Of a stretch of DNA of 64,000 bases, positions 12,781-24,772 are shown in pieces. Where the stretch lies: contig CM022670.1 in NCBI GenBank assembly GCA_012295275.1, positions 4,216,001-4,280,000 on the forward strand, given 5' to 3'. The translations under genes and the position numbers were made by a program. Each line of letters begins with the position of its first letter. Position 1 is the first letter of the stretch. This stretch comes from Chrysomallon squamiferum. Lineage: Eukaryota; Animalia; Mollusca. The notes beneath the pieces were generated by a model. That model saw only the letters and a program-made list of their open reading frames with translations. It searched no databases and was not told the origin of the DNA.

Positions 12781-14342
12781 TTTCATTTTCATTTAGCAGA
12801 TACAAATTAATTCACTTCTAAAGCATGGTCTGATTGATCTTTATTAATTCACTTAAAATTCTTAAAATAACGGGAATAGAAATCGCTTTTCACTAGTACG
12901 TGGTGTTTTGTTCTCGTTTATTAGATATGATATAATAATACACAGCAACACCCTCACTTGAACTGGCGTCATGGATAAAAAATAATAATAATAAAATAAA
13001 ATAATTTAAAAAATGCACCTATGTTAAAAAAATAGCCGGCTTTCTGAGTTTTCCTGATTTCTAGAAGCCGAATAAATGGTTCGGTGCCTGTTTTAAATTC
13101 AGGAGTGAATAACAATTATGACAAGGGAAGTAACTTTGATACCCTATTTTAGAATTAAATGTTTCTGACCTATCTCCCTTAATCAGAGCGTTAATAAAAT
13201 AAATAAAACGCAAAGTTTGATGTATAAAACAATATGAGCAGTATATAATTGTTATGTGTTAATGATATCACGACTAATAAATTGAAAGTACTTGTTATCT
13301 GGTAATTAATTAATTAATTATTATTATTTTTTAAATTTTTATTATCACTGTTGTTGTCGTTGTTGTTGCTGTTGTTATTTTTGTTGTGTTGTTGTTGGTG
13401 GTGTTAATGTTCTTTTATTAGAGTTAGAGCGATTTCTTCTACTTCCGCTGTTGCTGCAGTTATTACTACTACGACTACTACTACGACTACGATTACTATT
13501 ACTACTACTCTTATTACTACTACTGCTACTGGTACCACTGTTGTTGTTATTGCATTGCAGTCACCGAGCTGATAGTATATCTTCTTTAACTGTAGTAAAA
13601 GTTAAAAACCAGACGAAATGTTTATCAGCAGACGACAGAACGTCATCACGTGATGTGAAAACTGAAACCAATCGTTTGCAAGCGTCAGGGTCGATTTCAC
13701 TGTCCAATTAGAATTTAATTTCTAAAGGTCAAGACAAAACAATTATCTAAATTTGATTTTGCTCTCAAATTTACTGATGAGCATCACTTTATTCCGCTTC
13801 ATTTTAACAATGTAATAATGGTTTCGCGGGAATGTGAATGCAATCTAGTTGGTACAGAAGACTAATCGTCTCTAGACTGGATCACTGGCAATCCTGTCTT
13901 TAACACAGACAGCAATTATGAATTATATACAGTCTAGGTGAATACTATGTTAACAAAATGTTTTTTTGTTTTGTTTTGTTTTTTTCTAATAACAAGTACT
14001 ATGTCGCCACTAATTATTTATACTGAACATATACAAATGTACAAATATATACATGTATATATGAAACTAATGCTGGCAAATATATGTAGCCATACTAATA
14101 ACGTAAAAACAATGGACAACATTAGTTATCACAGACGATTATATGTTTCTATATTTAAGTACATATTTACTTTTGACACACATTAAAACTTTATCATAAC
14201 GTGAAATATTCGAGTATAAAATTATGTGTTCGTGTCTTGAACTGACTGCCAGTCGATTCAAACACCATGGTTTTTAACCTTGAAAATAAAAGTATCAATT
14301 AATTCCCTTTTCTACAGATTTATTTTAATTATTATTATTATT

Positions 14343-14395
<53 letters not shown>

Positions 14396-14715
14396 ATAGT
14401 TATGTCATTGGTCTTAATACTAATAGATTCCGGGATTAACATTCTCACACTAGCTTTGTTACACAAATTAAATTGGGGAGAAACATCGATTTTTATTTAC
14501 TCTAATCTTCTACTAGTACACAGACTGTTTGTAACATAACCCAGTTTGTGGGCCCATAACAAACATAGCGAACATTAATTAGTAAGTATTAAAATATATG
14601 ATCCTAAAATTGCAGTAAATTTACAGTAGAACAGAAAATTGGTATAAATATAATGTTTGTGAAGAAGTGGATTCTTATAAATAAATAAATAAATAAATAA
14701 ATAATTAAATAAATA

Positions 14716-14747
<32 letters not shown>

Positions 14748-15081
14748 AAATAAATAAATAAATAAATAATTAGTAATAATAATTAAAGAAATAAATAACA
14801 GTACACATAAATACAAATCGATAAATGTAAAAATGGTATTAACAAAGGTCAGTATAATAAATAAATAAATAAATAAAGAAATACAGACTGATAGATATAT
14901 AAATGGTAATAATAAAGAAACAGCATAATGAATAAATAAATAATAATCAATAGAAATAAATTGGTAAACATAATGAATAAATGAATAAATAAAAATGTTC
15001 ATATTCATTCAGTATAACTGACAGCAGAGGTTGACCATCACTTATCCGGCGATCAGTTATCCAGTTCAGTGAGTAATCCGG

Positions 15082-16630
15082 TGTCAGAGAATATTTGTTC
15101 CCCCTAGGAATGAATATTCTGGAATATTTGTTGCACTCACTCTGTGATTATTTTCAGGTGTAGTTCTGTATTCTGTTTATGATAATTATGTATGCACTGT
15201 GTGACTATTAAAACTGACTAAATATCACTGCAAATAAAGATTCACCAAAACACATTTGTAACTGTAGATAGGTGGATAAATAATTGAGGGATTCATTTGT
15301 CTGGGTACTTGATCACTACTCCCTTCTTGAAAACAGGAATTTTTTTTAATTTTTTTTTTTAAATGTAGATGAAAACATATATCCCTAAATTGATTTATCA
15401 TTGATATTTATTTCAAACATGTTGCATTGTTCCCCAATCTTTTAATTAAAGTGCTACAGTACTAAAGATTCTGGTGTTTTTGTCAAAATGTCAGGACCAG
15501 AATCACAGGTTTGAATATGAAGTGTTAAAATAACTCCATTAACAAGATGGTTCATTTTGAGATACACCAATCATTATGATAATGCTAACTGACAAGCTCC
15601 TGGCCTATAGTCACACAGGAAGATGTGGCAGAAAAGGCATGAGTGATGATTTTAAGAACTGATGTGCACATTGTGAAAAATGTCAACGATAGAACAGATT
15701 AGCCAAGACGACCCGTTGAGTTAACACCTGTAGCTTTAACTTTTTATTTATTTATTAATTTATTAATTATTATTATAATTATAATTATTATTATTACTAT
15801 TATTATTATTATTATTTTATTGCTTTGAGCTGACATGTGCATTGTGATAGACCTCAGTCTCCTAAACTCAGGTGTGGACAGGAAATATAAGAGGTGATGC
15901 TAAGCAGTCTGAAGAAGAACAGGTCAGCAGCAGCTGGTGGCAAATGTTGAGAGGACGAGCACCACAGACACCAAGTCCTGAAAGGAAGGTCAGGGACATA
16001 GTGACACATTTTGAAAAATATGGTGTTAACTGGTGCAAAAATATCATTTTGAAAATAATGAGTATCCCTGGACAAGCTTTGATAGTTTCGTTTATCAAAG
16101 AATTAAGCTTATCACCATATTCACAATCATAAAACTTCAGAGTAAATAGTAGTACTAACTTTCCTAGTGCAACCAGTATAACCAGCAATCACTGAGTAAA
16201 AGTTTGTCTCTTAATTATTATATATATTCTCACCCTGTACACATACATGTGATAAAAATATATTATTCTACTGAATATGCGTTTCGTTTATTTATCCCTT
16301 AACATTAGGAAAATCAGTATTTTAAAGGAGAAAAGTTACTCAGGCTTGGATAATCTGCCCCCTGCTTTTGCTGCTTATGACTTTATTTTTCTAATTCTCT
16401 TTTCCATTTATCAAAATACAGGGCGCGGTTAGTACACTGGTGTGAAAATACTGAGGCAAATGGTTCCTGAAAAATGTATTCTTATCCACGTCTGAAAACT
16501 TCACCCTAATTCTATCTTAAAGCATGGGGAACTAATACGTGGCAAATATTAGTTCCTCCAAGCTTGGTGGGAACAGAAAGGTTCGTGGGTAGGAACAAAT
16601 ATTCCTAGGGGTAAAAAATATTCTTTCTCA
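15082..16630 (+). mobile_element. Decayed Ginger1-type DNA transposon (non-autonomous remnant)
   Basis: CCGG on both flanks (15078-15081, 16631-16634); left end starts TGT; 30-bp imperfect TIRs with 25/30 matches (TGTCAGAGAATATTTGTTCCCCCTAGGAAT vs TGAGAAAGAATATTTTTTACCCCTAGGAAT); internal Gypsy-like integrase fragment. TGT termini with CCGG TSD are described for Ginger1. Confidence 0.72.
15594..15733 (+). pseudogene. Gypsy-like integrase HHCC zinc-finger remnant inside the Ginger element
   Basis: Translation KLLAYSHTGRCGRKGMSDDFKN*CAHCEKCQR*NRLAKTT/VELTPV resembles H.G...WKGM..DV..YV..C..CQR.......EL.P of Gypsy/Ginger integrases; contains stops and a frameshift. Confidence 0.65.
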
Positions 16631-16727
16631 CCGGCACTAATTTCCACTAGAGTATTTTTAAATTTCTTCCCTTTACAAGCGGAGGTTTCCTATGTAAGTG
16701 AACAGAACTGCCTGAAATTATAAAAAC

Positions 16728-16794
16728 TTTATTTTTATCTGTGTTTCATTAAAACTCCACTTGATTTTCATTTAATTTAACTGTCTCCTTTATT
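16728..16794 (-). promoter_or_regulatory. Candidate polyadenylation signals of the 444-aa gene
   Basis: AATAAA on the minus strand at 16789-16794 and 16728-16733, about 540-600 nt after the stop codon and just before the Ginger element; hexamer is common in AT-rich DNA. Confidence 0.35.
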
Positions 16795-17330
16795 AACCGA
16801 CACGTTCTGATTTACAGGGTGTTTTGAAGTGGTTTGCTATTGTGTTAAGTGCATTCTAACGTAAGAATCAGTTCTCCGGCAAAATCGTTTATCTGCCAAC
16901 GTAGAGTCCCGTTGATTCCGGATGAGTGATAGCCAACCTGTGTATGGACTGATTGGTGTATTTTAGAATCAACATATCTTCAAGACATCTAACTTGCGGC
17001 GTGATTGTGCCCATCTGTAATCCTCTGGACACGCATTAAAACCCTGAGTACAACAAAATCATACATTTGTACTGATTTCACGTTTTTTTTTACTTCAAAA
17101 TATGACATATACGTGTAACACTGTATACAGATCTATACGGGATACATATGTCATAATTATATTCAATATTGTTATCACTAAAATATCACATAGAACATTG
17201 ATCACAAGGGGATTTGCTGTAGATGACACATTAAAAATAATTTGTTGTTGTTGTTGTTGTTGTTGTTGCACCCACAAGACACACCATATGTTGCTGTTTT
17301 TTTAAACTAGAATACACCGACAATGCTAAA

Positions 17331-18665
17331 CTAAAATTTGGTTTCTGAGCTGAGGGCGCGCGGTTTTTGACTGGATTTAGAACTGTCACTGAACATTTCA
17401 CAGGAGTCTGTAGCACCACCAGTCTTTCCTGAAGGTTTTGACGTCTGGCACTTCCAGCTGAGCGAGCTGCTCGAGGGAACCAGGAGCAGGTCGTCAGAGG
17501 AGTTGGACGTCACTGAGCCGTTGCTGTCCCGCTGGAGGGAAGAATGTTGCGAGTTTCCCTTTGAGGTAAAATTCTGGATCGTCACTGTAGGGGTCACGGG
17601 AAAAGGCACTGGGGAATGGACATGAAGTTTGGCTGATGTGGAGAGCTCGCTTGCACCAGGGATTGCTATCGTTAAGTTCTGTGGATTTCGTTTCCGCCTC
17701 CCTTCCTCTTTGGACTGGTCCTCGCACTCAGACTGAACTCGATCACAAGTCAAGCTAATACTTTTGGACAAGAGGGGCAAACTTTTATTCCACGTCTGCG
17801 AAAACGGCAGTGGCGACAGACCCGTATTCGATACCGTTTGCAACGGACACGACCCCGACTGCTGCACAGACTTTGTCAACGTCGGCTGCACCTGTGTAAC
17901 AGCTCCTGCTATATCGTTAAAGCTCTGCGACGCCAACGGCATGTCCTGAACCCACATTGCCGTCGCTGCTGCTATGTCAGTTTCCAAAACGGGGAGTGTT
18001 TGATATGATTCGTCTTCCTCTGCAGGAGACGTCGATGGAGAAGGGCCCGAAATGTTAAATGTTGGAATATCCGTCTGCATTACTTCATTAGTGTCAACTG
18101 CACACGACGTATCCACGACGTCTATAACAGGAACAGTCTGCGAATCGTCTGCGCAGCAGTCGTTAGTCGTACACAGCTGCTGACCACACCCCGAACTCTC
18201 ACAGTTAGCCGCATTCTTACCACTGCTGCTACTGCACATAGGTTCTATTATACTCTGGACAGACTTGCCCATTGCTTCCTCTTGATCCTTTAACTTCTGT
18301 TGTTTCTGGCGGATGTGCTTTATCAAGGCTCTAGCAGCCTTTCTGCATTTGGTCTTGTACAAGAGGAAAAGAATCAACAGAACTAGGATCCCTCCCAGAA
18401 CTGCCGCCGTGTGTAATCCAACGTTCGGGTCGTAAGACTTGTAGAACTCTCGTTCTTCTAGCGTGAACTCTGTGGCGGTTCTGTCGCCCTGCGAGTAGCT
18501 CTTCCTGTGCGAGGAGTCGTTGAGCTCACTTCTCAGTCTGTACGTGACGTTCTGACCTGCGAGGTGCGGAGACAGGCCGACTATCGGCGGTGTATTGTAC
18601 ATCGCATTCTCATTGGTTTCATTCTTGTGATCACTGTTCCCATTGGTTGGTCGGCCAATGTTCAT
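17331..18665 (-). CDS. Uncharacterised single-pass membrane protein, 444-aa ORF in one large coding exon
   Basis: Only long non-repetitive ORF in the window, GC-rich relative to flanks; hydrophobic segment VGLHTAAVLGGILVLLILFLLY (aa about 82-103) followed by basic KTKCRK; N-glycosylation sequons N15, N39, N49 before it; strong acceptor TTTTTTCTTTTCGTTTTAG (AG at 18679-18678) 12 nt upstream of the ATG, so the true N-terminus may be in an upstream exon. Confidence 0.88.
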   Translation of the reverse strand: MNIGRPTNGNSDHKNETNENAMYNTPPIVGLSPHLAGQNVTYRLRSELNDSSHRKSYSQGDRTATEFTLEEREFYKSYDPNVGLHTAAVLGGILVLLILFLLYKTKCRKAARALIKHIRQKQQKLKDQEEAMGKSVQSIIEPMCSSSSGKNAANCESSGCGQQLCTTNDCCADDSQTVPVIDVVDTSCAVDTNEVMQTDIPTFNISGPSPSTSPAEEDESYQTLPVLETDIAAATAMWVQDMPLASQSFNDIAGAVTQVQPTLTKSVQQSGSCPLQTVSNTGLSPLPFSQTWNKSLPLLSKSISLTCDRVQSECEDQSKEEGRRKRNPQNLTIAIPGASELSTSAKLHVHSPVPFPVTPTVTIQNFTSKGNSQHSSLQRDSNGSVTSNSSDDLLLVPSSSSLSWKCQTSKPSGKTGGATDSCEMFSDSSKSSQKPRALSSETKF

Positions 18666-19415
18666 CCCGTCATGAGTCTAAAACGAAAAGAAAAAATATG
18701 TAACATGATTACTTGTAATCAACCAACAGTTTTTGGTTACCTTGCTCGAGATCAGTTGAGACTGTTTAAGAAACAGTTTAAATTAATTATAAAGAAAACA
18801 AACCTAGTTGTCCAAGAAAGAGGTCATTCCCAGCAAAACGAGTTTCAGCTGTTTTTTAACAATTGTAGTTTATTATTTACTTACTTAGTATTTATTCGTA
18901 TCATGTTCATATTATTACTATCATCATCATCATCATCATTATTAAAAATGATCTCATCTTGAATATTATATCCACCACAGAGATGGAAATCTGAAAACAC
19001 AGAACCGCCACAGTATAATGATAAAGATGTCCAGATGTTTTTCTTCTACCTTATTCGTTCTATGAATTTTATTCATATAGAAGACTTTATGTGACTGAAG
19101 TCTCAAAATAACAACACCCAGTGTACAAAACAACACGTAGTCCTCTCTCTCTTTGCTTGTTCAGTGCCTGAAACCTAAGGTGTTTTTATCTTCCTTCGCA
19201 TTTCGTATTTGTCATGCATGTACGAGATGATATGTTCGTGACTTGTTTAAAAAGGTAAGTATGTCTAATGATTACAAAAAATCTATACATTATTTTTACT
19301 TTTCAAGATTTCTTCAGAGCATTGGTCTTCCGCTTGTACTTCCTCATCTGTGTCATAGATCGTTCTATATAGAGCATTGAGGTTAATTTCTATACTGCAC
19401 GAAATATATATTTCA

Positions 19416-19561
<146 letters not shown>

Positions 19562-22500
19562 ATACCACACGCCACAAACTTTGGAAGAGAAATAAGAGAT
19601 TATTTATACTAGTGCGAAAGGCAAATAAGATGGCTAGTATGTAATGCTTTTCATTAACATTGTTATGCAAAATGTTGTATACAGAAATGTTAAAACGTAC
19701 TGCGGATAAGATTTAAAAACCCAAAGAAAAATAAATGTCCGAATAATAAATAAAACAAGCCTTAGCTATAATTATCTTCTTTTTTTCTTTCTGAATAAGA
19801 AATCAAATGTAATATGAAGTCTAAACAATTAAACTTATTTATTTATTTACTTCCTTACTTATTTATATATTTATTTATTCATTTATTTTTTAACTAATTT
19901 ATACATTTACTTGCTGTTATTTTGGTATTAGTTTATTTAAAATGTTTTTAAATGTTATATATACCTTATATTAGTCGTCTTCTTGGTAATTTTTCGTACT
20001 ACGACAAGGATATAATGAGCATAAAACAAAGGCCGTCTGGTCCAGCTGAATTTCTTTAGCTTATGATAAATTTTAAAAACAGTATAAACACCAGCCAATG
20101 AACGATCGTTTTGAAATAACCATGACAACACTTTTGATTACTAAAATACACTCCTCCGTTTGACTAATAAAGATCATGTTTGTTTGTTGTTTTTGTTTTT
20201 TCTTCTGAGAAATGTCAACAACCACCAATGTCACAGAGGCATATAATCATTACAAAAATTATAACTATAATTTAAACAAAAATATATATTTTTTCTTTCG
20301 GAATGCTGTTGTAAATTTATTGCGCTGTTACGATAAACACACACTGTCTGCTATTTCAACTTCTCGTTTTTTTATTTCTTTTTTATTATTATTACATTTT
20401 TTTAATGGTTGAGGCGGGTTGTAGCTCTGTTGAGTCAACTTTTGTCGTAGCTGGTGATTAAAGCTGGTGTATTTGCCTAAGGAAAAGTGCTCAGAAAAGA
20501 TGATACTATTTTCACTGAAAAGAATAGCTCGGAAAATGGCGACGATGGTCTCCTTTTTTTTTCATTATTACAAAAATCACTAATAGTTATTACTATAGAT
20601 ATATACATACTTACGTACGTACGTACGTGCATACATACAAACATACATACATACATACATACATACATACATACATACATACATACATACATACATACAC
20701 ACACACATACATACATATATATAAACACACACATACATATATATATACAGACACACACACAGGTACAAAAAGACAAAATGGAAACATATTGTCTTATGTT
20801 TGTTAAATGAACAGCAATTAGCTCTTCTATTTACTACATAGTATATATATAAATAAAAAAATAGAAATAAAATAACGAATTCACAGGAGACAGCTTACAT
20901 CGAAATATTTTCCTGTTTGCTAAACTGAAATTCCAAATTATTATGCACAGATCCATTCACAAACTTACATTTATGTATTAAAATTATTTATACAAATATT
21001 TACCTTATTCTCGGATTCAGCATCCTACTTTATTAGGGCCTTCCCGTCATCTGAACCTGAAATACAAATACACTTCAGTTAGCGGGTACTTTTTCTTACA
21101 AAATTAGAGTAAGCAAAATACATTGAGGATGTTTTACCCATCGTAATTAGTTGATACGGAGTCCGAGCTGTTTGACTCAACTTGAGTAAAAATGGTGTTT
21201 TGTGTGTCCAGGTCTTTTTAATAAAAAACTTTTTTTCTTTATTCATAGTTACGCATCCATACAAACGCCCAGTGATAAAGGACGGCACAAACATTTTGAC
21301 AAAAAGCAAATATTTAAGTGCGCGAACAATTGTAACGATAAAAGAAGAAAAAAGAAAAGACACAAAAGCTTTTAACATTTTTCTCTTCAAAGAACTACGT
21401 ACGTTGTCGTTTCATAAAAAAAAAAAAAAAAAAAAAAACAAGTCCATTAAATCACTGTCATATACAATCCCAAACATGTCATTAATGTTATCTTTTGCTT
21501 TTGTTAAAGCTATTACAGCAAAATAATCTTGCATTCGAGAGAGATTTTTATTAGTTCAATTTGCTGCAACTATTAAACATTTGCACGCAGCCAATAGTCA
21601 GAACTCTTCAAGTCTGTTTTACATCAGTTTTTGCTGACAGCTGGCTCAGTGTGGTACAAAGCCAGAAACAAATTCGTGATCTTCAAAACGGTAAAGTTGA
21701 CAGTTTTTCCTGAGTAATTTCAGAATTGCATTTTTTCCTTCTTTAATGATCTTCTAAATGTCAAACCATCATGATTACAGAATATTTTCCTTTCAGTACG
21801 AAGGAACTAATAATCATTGTTGTTGTTGTTGTTGTTGTTGCTGTTGTTGTCGTGGTGGTAATTGTTATTATCTTTATTGCTGTTATCATTTATTTATTTA
21901 TCTATTTATCTATTTATCTATTTATTTATTTATTTATTTATATTCAAAGAATAAGAAGAAAAAAAAGAAGAAGAAAAAAAATGTAACAAAAATAAATAAA
22001 ATACAAAAACACAAACAGACAAACCAGTGATGATTAAGTCACTGAAGTTACGAATTCAACATTCTTGGATCGAATCCCGAATTCGGCTCAAGCTAACAGC
22101 TAATAGAGAGGTATAAAATCATTAATTTTTGTGATTTAATTTTTTATTTTTTATATCTTAACTAATCTTCTAACAAAGAAGCATTAATACTGTCATGATC
22201 AGACAACGAAGCTTTTTGGTCTCTCTGCCCAAGGCAGGCGTACATGTACATTGAGTAGTGTGCGCAACAACAAAGTTGAGAGAGACACGAAAGAAAGAAA
22301 AGAAGAAGACGAAAAACTTCAAATATAAAACGAATAAAAAAAAAAAATAATAAAAAAAAGAAAGAACGAAATTAACACAATAACGAACTCCCGGCGAATA
22401 TTGATCAACACAAAATCAGATACTTAAGACAAAATCTCCTAATTTATTAATCGTAATAATTACAGATGGTATTTAGTGCTAATTTTGAAAACTCATTAGT

Positions 22501-22623
22501 TTTAATTATTGATATTTTCTTTTATGACTGAATTTTGTTTCACGTAGAACTAATAATGATGATGATAATGCTGCTGCTGATGAGGACATTTAAAACAACG
22601 CAAAACAAAATAAAAAATCTATG

Positions 22624-22689
<66 letters not shown>

Positions 22690-22697
22690 TATATATG

Positions 22698-22733
<36 letters not shown>

Positions 22734-24736
22734 TATATGTGTGTGCGTTTTTGTGTTAGTATGGGGATGTGTGCGTTTCTGTAAATAATTTGTTATACTT
22801 TATATTAATAGTATAACCCTCAGAGCTTCCAGCTGCATACTAATACAAATAACAGTCATGAATTAATTCTTGTTAAAATGAAAAAAAAAAAAAAAAAAAA
22901 AAATGAACAAATATATATATATATATATATATAAATATGGATTATTGGATAGCTGGAAGGATGAATGGTATTTTGGAAGGATGGATATGTGGATAGATAG
23001 ATGAACGGATGGATAGTCTGATCGTAAATGGTATAAATACAAATGGGCTGAATGGAAAGAAGTAAAAACAGATATACCAGTGGATGGATAGATAAACAGA
23101 GTGACGGAGTGGGTGAATGAACGGATACAGGAACATTTAGGAGGAGATTAAACGAATGAATCAGAACACAGAGCTATATTCAGTCTGCACGGTGACAAAC
23201 AGAAAACAAGAGAAAATGAAAAATAAAACTTATTAAAATTAACTATCGGAAAGATTAAGTAAGTAACAGTTTCATAATAAACATGACAAATAAAAAATGG
23301 ATGATGATAATGATGATGATGCTAATAACAGTAATCATTTTCAGTAATCATCATCTTTGTCACCATCATCATCATTTCGACATTGCTATCACCATCAGTA
23401 CTTTGATAAATATGTAAATGATACATACACGTATACACATTAAGACACATATATACACACACACAGAAGAAGAAGATAAAATAATAATGAATAAATAAAA
23501 ACGCCTACAACCCTCTCCAAATAAAAAAAAAAATAAAAAAAGACACAAAAAATAAAAACTAAAATTAAACAAACAAAAACAACCATAACAAAACAAAGAA
23601 ATGACAAATAACCCACAAAATAAACACATCAAAGACATACACAAACACACACAGAGACACACACACAGACAGACACCAGACACATAAAGAAACCAATAAA
23701 TAAATAAACGGAACAATCACCATCTCTTTAGTCCCGTAATAAATCCCAGAAAGCAGTGATTGTGAAGGAAATACGATGTGAAAATATTTATGATGCAGTC
23801 TGTTCTGTTTCTTCTTCTCTACTTCGATTAGCTCAATTAGATGAAAGCTCAAGCTAATTGTTAAATTTAATTATTACTTAAAATGCAGGGAAATATGGTT
23901 TTTGAAATATTTGCTAAGAGTAATGCTTAATAGGATAATATGGATTTGATTTTGATCAAGAAGCTGAAATTTTCGTGTTTTTACATATATTATATACTTA
24001 TCTACACACACACACATACACACATGCTGGTGTATGTATGTATGTATGTATACATATGTATATATACAAAATTGGGTTTTGTGTGGGGGTTTTCAAATAT
24101 TTAAATATTAAAGGGCTATTTAATTTTTTCTTTCTTTCTTTTACAACTAAATTAATTAATATGTCAAAATTTGAATATAGATAGAAGAATCAAGAAAATC
24201 TGTACTGGTGTCAGTACATTACATTTCTTATGACTTTTGATTCCAGAATACTATAAGCACGCTCTACATGGGATCCGCTTCAAATACACAAAAATATGTC
24301 ATTTTCCTAATCAGTCTGTTATTGTAGACAATTTGAGATTCAGAGAAATTATTTCGGTCGTATAACCTAAACTTGTACCTTGCCTGCCCTGGAGATATTA
24401 GCAATAGAGGAAAATCTTTCATCACGTTCATTTCGCCAATTAGTTCATATTCCCATTATATCTTCTGAGGAGATACAGAAATATAAATTATTTCCCAAAT
24501 AACACGCAGCCCTGCGAATAAATAGCCTAAATACAAAGTAATTGATTTATTTGTTATTGACAACCAGCCTTTGTTAATAATAACGTTTGACGATAAAATA
24601 AAAAGAATCTTCAGGATGGATTGAGGCGGTTATTTTAATTTTCTTTTTTTTCTTTTTTTTTTTTTTTTATTATTTCTTTTCGCATGCAGTAATGTGATAT
24701 CATTATATAATCATTTAAAAGTTAAAAAACAAAAAA

Positions 24737-24772
<36 letters not shown>

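Noticed and set aside
19300-19394. Possible upstream coding exon of the 444-aa gene (IEINLNALYRTIYDTDEEVQ...)
   Set aside because: Weak donor (GTAAAA) and the open frame ends in phase 1, while the main exon needs phase 0; could at most be UTR.
20412-20435. tRNA 5'-end-like GGCGGGTTGTAGCTCTGTTG; B-box-like words near 22070 and 29900
   Set aside because: No cloverleaf or paired A/B boxes; at most eroded SINE fragments.
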